A DNA stretch of 64,000 nucleotides from contig JBJMQQ010000013.1 in assembly GCA_045802645.1 (NCBI GenBank), forward strand, positions 1,588-65,587. The letters run 5' to 3'. The stretch comes from Polyangia bacterium. Its GTDB lineage: Bacteria; Myxococcota_A; Polyangia; Fen-1088. Shown here piece after piece: positions 7,652 through 16,275 of this stretch. Position 1 is the stretch's first letter, and every line of letters starts with the position of its first letter. The notes below the pieces were generated by a model, which made no database searches, was not told the origin of the DNA, and saw nothing but the letters and a program-made list of their open reading frames with translations. The position numbers were made by a program, and so were the translations under genes.

Positions 7652-9371
7652 TGCCCCGCGTGCTCGTCGTCGACGACCGAGATCAGACCATCGACATGGT
7701 GCACCGGCAGCTGCCGCACCTGGAGACGGTGACCCGCTGCGATCGCCGCATCCCCTGCCAGGTCTGCGAAGAGCGGACGCGCGGCTGCCCGCTGCGCTGC
7801 GCGCACGACTTCGCGGAAGCGGCCGCGGTGCTGGCCCGCGCGCCAACGCTGCCGGACCTGGTCGTACTGGATCTCCACTTCGCGCTTCCGGAAGAGCGCC
7901 TCTTGCCCGAGGACAAGTCCGACTTGCCGGCGGACCCCAAGGCCCGTCGCGCCGCGCTGGAGCGGCTGCGGCGCCGCCAGGGCCTACTGATCCTGGAGCG
8001 GCTGCGCGGGCTTTATCCGGCGCTGCCCGTCGTCATGCTGACGACGACGGGCTCGGACCTGGGCGCCGAGCGCCCGGACGATCCGCTGGTCTATCTGTGC
8101 GAGAACGAGGTTGTCGACAGCCGCAGCCTGGCCGCCGAGATCTCCCGCGCGCTGGCGCTGTCACACACGGCGCAGGAGGGGCCGGTCTTCTGGGGGCGCA
8201 CGCCGGCCATGACCGAGCTGCGGCGGCAGCTGGAGGCGCTGGCCCGTTCGCCGCTGCCGCTGCTGATCGAGGGGGAGACCGGAACCGGCAAGAGCTTCCT
8301 GGCCGAGCACGTGATCCATCCTCGCTCGGGCGTGAAGGGGCCGCTGGTTGTGACCGATCTGTCGACGGTGCCGCCCTCGCTGTTGGCGGCGCACCTGTTG
8401 GCGCGCGCCGGGGGGCTTACACCGGGGCGATCGAGGACCACGCGGGGGTGTTCGAGCAGGCGCATGGCGGCACCCTGTTCGTCGACGAGATCGGCAACCT
8501 GGATCTCGACCTGCAGCGGCAGCTCCTGCTCGTGCTCGAGCGGGGGCAGGTCACGCGCCTCGGCGACACACGGCCGCGCCCGGCGGCGCCGCGGCTGGTC
8601 GCGGCGACCAACTCCGACCTGGACGCGGCGGTCCGCAGCGGCCGGTTTCGCCCCGATCTCTTCATGCGGCTCAACCCCGCCACGCGGCTGCGGCTGCCGC
8701 CGCTGCGGGAGCGGCGCGCCGATCTGCCCGAGCTGGTGCGCTTCGCGTTTCTCGAGGCGCTGCGGTCGGAGGCGCTGCAGCCGCTGGTGCGCGCCTACCT
8801 GGCCCGGTTTCCGACGCCGGACCCCTTCGACGATGCGCGGAACGAAGTCGTGTTCGGGCGGCCGCGGGCGGCGGTCGCGCGGCGCGACGCGTTCACCGTG
8901 TTCATCAGCCGCGAGGCGCTGGCGCGCCTGACGGACAGCGACTGGCCGGGAAATCAGCGGGAGCTGAAGCTGCTGGCGGCCAACGCGGTCGTGTTCGGGC
9001 TGACCCAGCATCTCGACGGCGAGGGTGTCGCCGAAGCCGCGCGTGCTCCAGCCGTGCTGGACGTCCCCGACCCGCTGATCGCGCGCCTGCTCGGCGGCGA
9101 CGTGCGCCGCAGCCCCAAGCCGCGAGCCACCGGCGCGGGGCGAGCCGGCGGCCGGCGGATCGAGGTGGAGGTCGCGGCGCACGGAAGCTTCGCGCGCGTC
9201 TCGGCGGACGTCGAGCGCCAGTACCTGCGCGCGCTTTACGAAGCCTGCGCGGGCGACCTGGCGCGGATGGCGCGCGAGCTGCTGGGTCCCGCCGGGACCG
9301 CTCGCCAGGTCCACCTGCGCATGAACCAGCTGGGGCTGCGCGTTCGCGACCTGCGGGGGGCGACGCCGTGA
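7651..9371 (+). CDS. Sigma-54-dependent transcriptional activator (NtrC-like EBP) with an atypical Cys-cluster receiver-like N-domain; apparent frameshift in G6 run at 8410-8415
   Basis: N-terminus VLVVDDRDQ...LVVLDLHF is receiver-like and carries CDRRIPCQVCEERTRGCPLRC. The AAA+ sigma-54 interaction domain (LLIEGETGTGKSFLAEH ... GAYTGA ... GGTLFVDEIG) is split between ORF 7483..8931 (frame 1) and ORF 7635..9371 (frame 2). Adding one G to the 6-G run restores ...LLARAGGAYTGAIEDH... A C-terminal Fis-type HTH is present (RQYLRALYEACAGDLARMARELL). Confidence 0.85.
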
Positions 9372-12280
9372 TCGCGGCGCTGGCGTTACTGGCGGGGCTC
9401 GCGATCGCGGACGGTGGCGTCGCCCCCGACGCGGCGGCAGTCGTCACGGCGCCGCCAGCGTCGCCGGCCAGCGTGTCGCCGCCGTCCGAGCTCGCCGCTC
9501 GCGTGCGCGCGAAGAGCGAGCACGCGCAGGGCCTGGCGGCGCTGCGGGCGGGCCGCGCCGAGGACGCCGCGCAGCTGTTCGGGCAGGCGGCGGGACACGA
9601 CCGCGGCAACGCGACGTACCTCACCGATTGGGGGTTTGCGCTCGCGAAGGTCGGCAAGCGTGCCGAGGCCGAGGCGGCCCTGCGCGACGCGATCGACAAG
9701 GAGCCGCGGCGATTCTACGCGTACGTGAACCTGGCCGATTTGCTGGCCAGCGATCCCGCGCGCTGGGAGCGGCGCGACGCGATCGTGACATTTCTCGACA
9801 AGGGGCTGGACGCGCTGAAGGAGGACCGCAAGGGGCGCTTCAACCTGGCCCTGGCGCTGGCGGGGTTCGAGCGCGCCGTCGGGCGGACCGCCGAGGCGCG
9901 GTCGCGGCTGGCGCCGTTGCTGGACGCGGCCGCGCCGCCGCTGACGCGGCTGCAGCGCAAGCGGGTGCTGGACCTGCTGGATGCGGTGGCCCTCGACGAT
10001 CGGGCGCGCTCCCTCGAGGACTGGCCGGCGCCGGCGCCCGACGTCGCGCGACGGCTGGCGCACGACGCGCGGGCCGCGGAAGAGAGCGGGCGCGTCGACG
10101 ATGCCATCCGCGACCTGGAGATCGCCGTCAACCTGGCGCCGTCGGACGGCGAATCCTGGCGGGCGCTGGGGCGCTTGCTGGCGGCGAACGGCGGCGCGCT
10201 GGAGCTCGATCGCGCCGACGACGCGCTCCGCAACGCGCTGGCGCTGGAGCCGGGCTGGGCGGATCTGCGAGAGCTGCGGGCGCAGATCGCGCGGCGCAAA
10301 CACGCGGCTGCCGCGACGACCGCGCCTTCTCGGGCGCCCGCCCCGTCGGAGAAGGCCCGCGCGCTGGTGCAGGAGGCGGAGGACTGGATCGACGTCGGCG
10401 ACCCGATCGGCCTCGGGCGCGAGATGCTGGAGCAGGCGCTGGCCGATTCGCCCGCGTTCGTTTCGGCGGCGCTGTCGCTTTACGCGCTGACGGGGACCGT
10501 GCCGGAGGCCACCGTGTCGGCGTTGCAGGACGACGGGCCGGGGCTGTGGGCCCTGGCGGCGGGTGTGCGCAAGCTGGGCGCAGGTGGCGCGCGCGGCGCT
10601 GGACGCGAGCCGGACGGCACGGTGGCGGTTGAACGGCTGGTGCGCCCCTGGATCGATCGCGCCGTCGAGCTGAATGTGCAGGACGCCCGGTTCGCGCGCG
10701 CGACGGCTCGCGCGGCCGCGGGCGATCGGGACGGGGCGCTGGCCGATCTGGTCGCCTACCTGGCGCGCGAGCCGGCACCGGAGCACCTGGCGGAAGCGCG
10801 CGCGTTGCGGGCCGGGCTGCTGGACGACGCGGGCAGCGGTGCGCGCCAGAGCCGGCTGCCGCCCCAGCTGGTCGCGCGCATTCGCCTGGTCGAGGACCGA
10901 CCGGACGCTGCGTTGCGCGCCCTGGGCGGTGCCTGCGCGGCCGGCCTTCCCGTCGAGCGGCTGCTGGCGATCGGCGTCGTTCACGAGTTCGCGGATCGCC
11001 GGGGCGCGGCCCGTGCCTGTTACGAGCTGGCCGCGCTGGGCGGTGAGGGGGCGGCGCTGATCCGGCTGGCGCGGCTGGACGCACGGCTGCCAGACGCCGA
11101 GCTGCGGGCCGCGGACCGGGCGCTGGTGGATCGGGCGGCCGCGCAGGGGGTGGGCGCCGCGCTGTGGGCGCGCGCCCGCCTGGAGCTGGCGGACGGCAAC
11201 CAGGAGGCGGCGCTGGCCGATGCGCGCGCGTCGCTCACCCGGGCGCAGGGCTCTGCCGATTCAATCGATCCCTGGATGCCAGCCGCCGCCGCGATCGAGC
11301 ACCAGCTGGCCGACAGGCGCCGCGCCAGTCAGGAGGCCCGCCGCGTGCGCCGCCAGCGACTGGCCGGTGGGATGGGCGTCGCGGTCGTGGCGGCGATGCT
11401 GGCGATGTTTCGCCGGCGCTGGCGGGGCAAGACGCTGCCGGCGGCGTTGCGCCGGCACCCCGAGCTGTTCCCGGAGCTGGCGCGGGCCGTCGCCGAGTTG
11501 CGCCACGACGTCCTCAAGCACCGCGCGGGTGTGCTGGGCGCGGTCGCGGACGAGGCCGCGCGCGACGAGGTCCGCCGCGCGATGACCGAGCCGCGGCCGA
11601 CGTCGCAGGTGGTGGCGGATCTTTACGGCAAGGTCGCGCAAGCGGGGCGGGGGGCGGGCGTCGCGCTGAAGCCAATCGAGCGTGAGCCGACGTTCGGTCC
11701 GCTGGTCGCCGACCTGGCCAAGGCCGAGCATCTGCTGGCGCGTGCGGCGACCGCGGGCACTGCGGAGTTGCTGGCCATCGACGCGCGGCTGCGCGGCGAG
11801 CACGCCGATCGCCTCAACGCTCTCCTGGAGCTGGGGCCGCGCACCCGGCTGGACGCGGCGGTGCTGTCGTCCTGGATCGGCGGCGTCGAGGCGGCGGTGC
11901 GGCGGGCGGGGCTGGCCTGGACGGCGCCCGGGCTCTCGCTGGCCGATCTGCAGGTCGACTTCCCCGTCGCCGAGCCGGCGCTGGCGGCGATCTTCGCCAA
12001 CTTGCTGCGCAACGCGCAGGCGGCCGTCGCAGGCCAGACCGACCCGCGGGTCGTCGTGAAGCTGGATCGCGCCCGCGACGTCACCGGACGCCCGCTGGTC
12101 AGCCTGTCCGTGGGTGACTCGGCGGCGGCCACGCTGACCCTGGAAGCGATCGAAGGGCGCGAGAGCGGACGCGGGCTGGCGATCGTGCGCGACGCCGTCC
12201 GGCACTGGCGCGGCCACCTGGTGGTGCGACCGGAGGCGCCCCCGGTCGCGAAGGCGATCGGGGCCGTGTTTCCGACATGA
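9368..12280 (+). CDS. Sensor histidine kinase-like protein with large periplasmic TPR-repeat domain, one TM helix and C-terminal HATPase_c domain
   Basis: GTG start overlaps the EBP stop (GTGA). Signal peptide MIAALALLAGLAIA. ~650 aa of TPR-like Ala/Leu/Arg-rich repeats. TM helix GMGVAVVAAMLAMF. Possible H-box ELRHDVLKH. C-terminal HATPase_c (IFANLLRNAQAAV ... GRGLAIVRDAV). Confidence 0.75.
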   Translation: MIAALALLAGLAIADGGVAPDAAAVVTAPPASPASVSPPSELAARVRAKSEHAQGLAALRAGRAEDAAQLFGQAAGHDRGNATYLTDWGFALAKVGKRAEAEAALRDAIDKEPRRFYAYVNLADLLASDPARWERRDAIVTFLDKGLDALKEDRKGRFNLALALAGFERAVGRTAEARSRLAPLLDAAAPPLTRLQRKRVLDLLDAVALDDRARSLEDWPAPAPDVARRLAHDARAAEESGRVDDAIRDLEIAVNLAPSDGESWRALGRLLAANGGALELDRADDALRNALALEPGWADLRELRAQIARRKHAAAATTAPSRAPAPSEKARALVQEAEDWIDVGDPIGLGREMLEQALADSPAFVSAALSLYALTGTVPEATVSALQDDGPGLWALAAGVRKLGAGGARGAGREPDGTVAVERLVRPWIDRAVELNVQDARFARATARAAAGDRDGALADLVAYLAREPAPEHLAEARALRAGLLDDAGSGARQSRLPPQLVARIRLVEDRPDAALRALGGACAAGLPVERLLAIGVVHEFADRRGAARACYELAALGGEGAALIRLARLDARLPDAELRAADRALVDRAAAQGVGAALWARARLELADGNQEAALADARASLTRAQGSADSIDPWMPAAAAIEHQLADRRRASQEARRVRRQRLAGGMGVAVVAAMLAMFRRRWRGKTLPAALRRHPELFPELARAVAELRHDVLKHRAGVLGAVADEAARDEVRRAMTEPRPTSQVVADLYGKVAQAGRGAGVALKPIEREPTFGPLVADLAKAEHLLARAATAGTAELLAIDARLRGEHADRLNALLELGPRTRLDAAVLSSWIGGVEAAVRRAGLAWTAPGLSLADLQVDFPVAEPALAAIFANLLRNAQAAVAGQTDPRVVVKLDRARDVTGRPLVSLSVGDSAAATLTLEAIEGRESGRGLAIVRDAVRHWRGHLVVRPEAPPVAKAIGAVFPT

Positions 12281-12723
12281 CGGCTGCTGGCGTCGCGCGC
12301 CGGGTGTTCGTCGTGTGCGAGGACGGCACCGAGTACATCGATCGATTTCGCCGGTTCCTGGGCCAGTCGTTCGACTTCGTGGCTGCGCCCGATTTCGCGG
12401 CCGCGCGCGGTCTGGTCGCTGAAACCGACGGCCTGCTGCTGGACCTGGATTTCCGCCGGACGCCGCCCGAAAGGTTGGTCGACGAGCAAGGCCAGTCCGC
12501 CGCCGGGGTCGACGCGGGCACGCGCGCACGATTGGCGGAGACTCAGGGCATCCTGATCCTCCGCCGTCTGCGCGCCGAGGGGATCGTCACGCCAGCCGTT
12601 CTCTTCGCCGACCTCGACGACGACGCGCAGGCGGAGTTCCTGCGCCGAACGCTGGCCCCCCTGACGCTGGCGCCGAGCCGCCTGGGCCTGCGCGAGCTGG
12701 CCGCTCTGTTGCGGGGCTACTGA
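12277..12723 (+). CDS. Stand-alone atypical receiver-like domain protein, paralogous to the N-domain of the adjacent sigma-54 activator
   Basis: ATGA overlap with the upstream gene. VFVVCEDGTEY...LLLDLDFRRTPPERL...QGILILRRLRAEG aligns with the EBP N-domain VLVVDDRDQT...LVVLDLHFALPEERL...QGLLILERLRGLY, including the same insertion after the putative phospho-Asp. Confidence 0.65.
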   Translation: MTAAGVARRVFVVCEDGTEYIDRFRRFLGQSFDFVAAPDFAAARGLVAETDGLLLDLDFRRTPPERLVDEQGQSAAGVDAGTRARLAETQGILILRRLRAEGIVTPAVLFADLDDDAQAEFLRRTLAPLTLAPSRLGLRELAALLRGY

Positions 12724-13724
12724 CAGCCGATCTGGTTGTCGTCGATCGCGAGGTCGTCGATCCACATCGTGAACGGGCCCGTGAGCGTGTCCGTTTGATA
12801 GTACGTGGCGCCGAGGATGAGGTCGGTGTAGCTGGCCGGCATCTCGGCGTTCGAGCGATTCGCGAACGCGATCTCGGTGACCTCTTTCGAATCCGAGAAG
12901 AACCGATAGCTCTTCGTCGTGAGGTCGACGTACCACTCGGCGCAGTGCCACGCGTCGTCGAACGTCCAGTTGTAGGGGGAGCTGGTGCAGCAGGCGTCGT
13001 CCGGCGTGTTGAACAGCCACTGATGCGTGTGGGCGCCCTGGGTCTCGACGGTGTCGACGACGCGATCCTCGGTGGACCCGCCCATCAGGCTGAGGAAGGT
13101 GGTGTGCAGGACGTGCGTGTTGTCGACGGCCGACGGGCTCTGCACCTTGTAGAACATGCGCCCCCAGGGTTTGTTGGCGGTCGCGCCCAGGCTGCTCAGC
13201 GCCTTCTGCACGCGGCCGGTCCCTTGCGACGCCGCGATGCTCTTCAGCGCCTTCGAGCCGGAGTGGGCCGCGTCCGTCGCGACCGCCTGGTCGGTGGCGT
13301 TGGTCTTGCCGTTGTATCCCTTGAACACTGTCCAGCCGGTGGGGATCGCGCCTGCCGTGCTCGACTCGAAGTCCTCGCACAGCTTGTACGTCTTGCCCGC
13401 GCAGCCGCCGGCGACAGCGCCCCCGGCGCCACCCGTGCCGGGAGCTCCCGCGGCGCCACCCCCGGCGCCTCCCGTGCCCGGAGCGCCCGCCGTTCCGCCC
13501 GTGCCGCCCGTCGACACGACCGAGCCGCCCGTCCCCGGCGAGCCGCCCGCGCTGGTACCGCCCGTGGCCGCGCCGCCGGTTGCGTTCGTGGTGCCGCCGG
13601 TGCCCGGACTTCCGCCCGCGCCCGTCGTGTTCGGCGCCGAGGAGGAGCAGGCCCCGGTCAGGGCCAGCAGCGCCGCCAGCGCCAGGCGCGGCGAGACGAT
13701 GTTGAGTCGCGTCGGGTGTTGCAT
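12717..13724 (-). CDS. Secreted lipoprotein with Gly/Thr-rich linker and C-terminal jelly-roll-like (lectin / polysaccharide-lyase-like) domain
   Basis: Lipobox LALTGAC. Long GGT/GGS linker. The ~230-aa Cys-containing C-domain (KLCEDFESSTAGAIPTGWTV...WIDDLAIDD) is not a confident family match. RBS AAAGAGG. Confidence 0.7.
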   Translation of the reverse strand: MQHPTRLNIVSPRLALAALLALTGACSSSAPNTTGAGGSPGTGGTTNATGGAATGGTSAGGSPGTGGSVVSTGGTGGTAGAPGTGGAGGGAAGAPGTGGAGGAVAGGCAGKTYKLCEDFESSTAGAIPTGWTVFKGYNGKTNATDQAVATDAAHSGSKALKSIAASQGTGRVQKALSSLGATANKPWGRMFYKVQSPSAVDNTHVLHTTFLSLMGGSTEDRVVDTVETQGAHTHQWLFNTPDDACCTSSPYNWTFDDAWHCAEWYVDLTTKSYRFFSDSKEVTEIAFANRSNAEMPASYTDLILGATYYQTDTLTGPFTMWIDDLAIDDNQIGCQ

Positions 13725-13758
13725 GGTCGATCAGCCTCTTTCTATTAGATGATGCTCA

Positions 13759-14892
13759 TCAAAGGTGCACGCCCGGCACTGGCGCCGGCGTTGCGTGGTC
13801 CGCCTCGGTGCCGTCTCCAAGTTGCCCCGAATCGTTGGAACCCCAGCACAGCACCGCGCCGTCGCGGGTCGCCGCGCACGCATGAAAGCCGCCGCCCGCC
13901 AGCGCGGTGACGCCGCTCAGGCCGGCGACGGGCGCAGGCGTTGCGCGGCTGGCGGTCGTGCCGTCGCCGAGCTGTCCGGACGCGTTCCATCCCCAGCATC
14001 GCGCGGTGCGGTCCTGCAGCACGGCGCAGCTGTGGTTGTAGCCGGTCGCGATCGCGACCGCCGCCGGCATCCCCGCCACAGCGACCGGCGTTGCGCGATC
14101 GGTCGTCGTGCCGTCGCCCAGCTGACCGTAGGCGTTGGCACCCCAGCACCAGACCGTGCCGCCCGCGTCCAGCGCGCAGAGGTGGTCGAAGCCCGACCCG
14201 ACGGCGACGATCGCTGACAGCCCGAGCACGGGCTCGGGGAAGGCGTGGGCGGTCGTCGTGCCGTCCCCCAGCTCGCCGTTGTCGTTGCCGCCCCAGCACT
14301 GGACGGTCCCGTCGCGCAGCAGCGCGCAGGTGTGCCGGCCGCCCGCCGCCAGCGCCGCGGCCGGCGGCAGCGAGAACACCGCTACCGGTGACCCACTGTT
14401 CAGGGAGGAGCCGTCGCCCAGCTGCCCGGCGTCGTTCTGCCCCCAGCAGCGCGCGACGCCGTCCGCGTCCAGCGCGCAACTGTGATAGCTGCCGGCGGCG
14501 ACGCTGGTGGTGAGCGGCAGTCCGGGGACCGCGAACGCGCTCAGCCGGTTGGTGTTCGAGTGATCGCCGATCTGCCCGCCCACGTTCCACCCCCAGCAGA
14601 AGACCGCGCCGTCCACGTCCAGCGCGCAGCTGTGGTAGCTGCCGTCCGCCAGCTCCCGCGCGTGCGCCGGGCCGGGGACGCGCCCGGGCACGGGTGAGTC
14701 GATCTCGGTGCCGTCGCCCAGCTGGCCGTCGACGTTCGAGCCCCAGCACCACACGTCGCCCGCCATGTCGACGGAGCAGGTGTGGCCGGCGCCGGCGCCC
14801 AGCGGGCGCGCCGTGACGGCGACGGCCGGCGCAGCGCCGGTGCCCCCGCAACCGATCGCCGACGAGATCACCAAGACGATCGCCAATCGCAC
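13759..14892 (-). CDS. RCC1-repeat (alpha-tubulin suppressor/ATS1-like) beta-propeller protein, secreted
   Basis: Seven repeats of the form HxCALxxDGxVxCWGxNxxGQLGDG. Signal peptide MRLAIVLVISSAIGC. Confidence 0.85.
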   Translation of the reverse strand: MRLAIVLVISSAIGCGGTGAAPAVAVTARPLGAGAGHTCSVDMAGDVWCWGSNVDGQLGDGTEIDSPVPGRVPGPAHARELADGSYHSCALDVDGAVFCWGWNVGGQIGDHSNTNRLSAFAVPGLPLTTSVAAGSYHSCALDADGVARCWGQNDAGQLGDGSSLNSGSPVAVFSLPPAAALAAGGRHTCALLRDGTVQCWGGNDNGELGDGTTTAHAFPEPVLGLSAIVAVGSGFDHLCALDAGGTVWCWGANAYGQLGDGTTTDRATPVAVAGMPAAVAIATGYNHSCAVLQDRTARCWGWNASGQLGDGTTASRATPAPVAGLSGVTALAGGGFHACAATRDGAVLCWGSNDSGQLGDGTEADHATPAPVPGVHL

Positions 14893-14895
14893 GCG

Positions 14896-16275
14896 TCAGG
14901 TCGTGAGCGCGCTGTCGATGTCGCCGCTGTACTTGGGGTCGCCCACGCCCGTCACGCTGGTCATTCCCATTGCGTGCAGCACGGACGTCAGCAGCTTGTT
15001 GTTCGGCACCTGGCTGGGGAAGGTCACCGTGCGCCCCGTCTTGAAGAACCCCCCGCCGCTGCCGACGATCATGTAGGGGATGCGGCCGACGTAGTGCTCG
15101 GACCCCTCGCTCATGTCGCTGAACACCAGGATGACGGTGTTGTCGAGCACGGTGCCGCTGCCCTCGGGCGCGGCGGCCAGCTTGGCGCACAGCTCGGCCA
15201 CGCACTGCTGGTAGAACCACTGATCGATCTGGGCCTTCTGCGTGTAGTTCGCCTTCCCCAGGTGCGCGATGGCGTGCATGTCGGGGCTGGGGATGCTGAT
15301 CCACGGGAACGTCAGGCTGTTCCCGCCGCCGTTGTCGATCAGATCGATCGTCACGGCCCGCGCTTTCCCGCAAATGACGGCCGCCGCGGCGAGGTCGCTG
15401 ATGAACGTGACGTGGGTCGGGTAGTTCGTGACCGTGCTGAAGTTGAGGCCGGTTGGCGTGACCGTCGGCGCCGTGCAGGTGGTGCCGTTCGACGACATGG
15501 TCGTCAGCTGGTTCTCCAGCGACTGGATCGCCTGGAGGTGGCTCTGCACCTTCACCTTGTCGTCGGTGCCCAGGTTGCCCGCGAACTTGTTCAGCTGGCC
15601 GCCCACGAAGTCCAGCACGCTCTTGCGGCGCGCCATCAGCGCGTTCATCTGCATCGCCGTCATGCTGCTGCCGGCGAAGAGGTTGTTGAACAGCTTGTAG
15701 GGATCGGTCTGAGGCGTGGTCTTGACGCCGTTCGCCGCCCAGCTGGTCGAGCTGCCGTACGGGCGGCAGCCGACGTTCAGCAGCGCGTTGTTCACGCCCG
15801 CGTTCTGCGCCAGCCAGGTCGCGTACAGCTGATCGATCGACGGCTGCGTCGCGGTGATGGTGGGCACCGAATCGGATCCGTTCGGCGACGTCACCGCGCC
15901 AGTCAACAGCGCCGGGTACGTGAAGTGGCCGCCGTACTTGGCGCCGACGTCCATGACGACGTTGCAATCGATCGGGCTGCCCTGGCTGTTGGCCTGCCGC
16001 AAGAGCAGCAGCTTCGAGCTCCAGGCGGAAAGCGGCTGCAGCGTCGAGGGCAACGGGTCTGGCAGGGCGCCGCCCGCGCTGGTGTAGAAGTTCGGCGGGC
16101 AGATCCCGTCCGTCACGGCGACGGTGATCAGCCGCTTGGGGAAGCCCGTCGCCGCCGTCGCCCCGCGCGCCCGCTCGGTCGACAGCAGCGGCAGGAATCC
16201 GGCGCCCAGACCCAGCGCCTTCAGCGTGGCGCGCCGCGAGAACTTGAGCTGGGTCTTGCTGGTGCGGATCGTCAT
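14896..16275 (-). CDS. DUF1552-family protein with Tat signal peptide
   Basis: Twin-arginine motif FSRRATLKALGLGAG. Similar to the DUF1552 family that pairs with DUF1592/DUF1585/DUF1588 proteins. Start ATG 16275 overlaps the upstream stop (ATGA). Confidence 0.8.
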   Translation of the reverse strand: MTIRTSKTQLKFSRRATLKALGLGAGFLPLLSTERARGATAATGFPKRLITVAVTDGICPPNFYTSAGGALPDPLPSTLQPLSAWSSKLLLLRQANSQGSPIDCNVVMDVGAKYGGHFTYPALLTGAVTSPNGSDSVPTITATQPSIDQLYATWLAQNAGVNNALLNVGCRPYGSSTSWAANGVKTTPQTDPYKLFNNLFAGSSMTAMQMNALMARRKSVLDFVGGQLNKFAGNLGTDDKVKVQSHLQAIQSLENQLTTMSSNGTTCTAPTVTPTGLNFSTVTNYPTHVTFISDLAAAAVICGKARAVTIDLIDNGGGNSLTFPWISIPSPDMHAIAHLGKANYTQKAQIDQWFYQQCVAELCAKLAAAPEGSGTVLDNTVILVFSDMSEGSEHYVGRIPYMIVGSGGGFFKTGRTVTFPSQVPNNKLLTSVLHAMGMTSVTGVGDPKYSGDIDSALTT

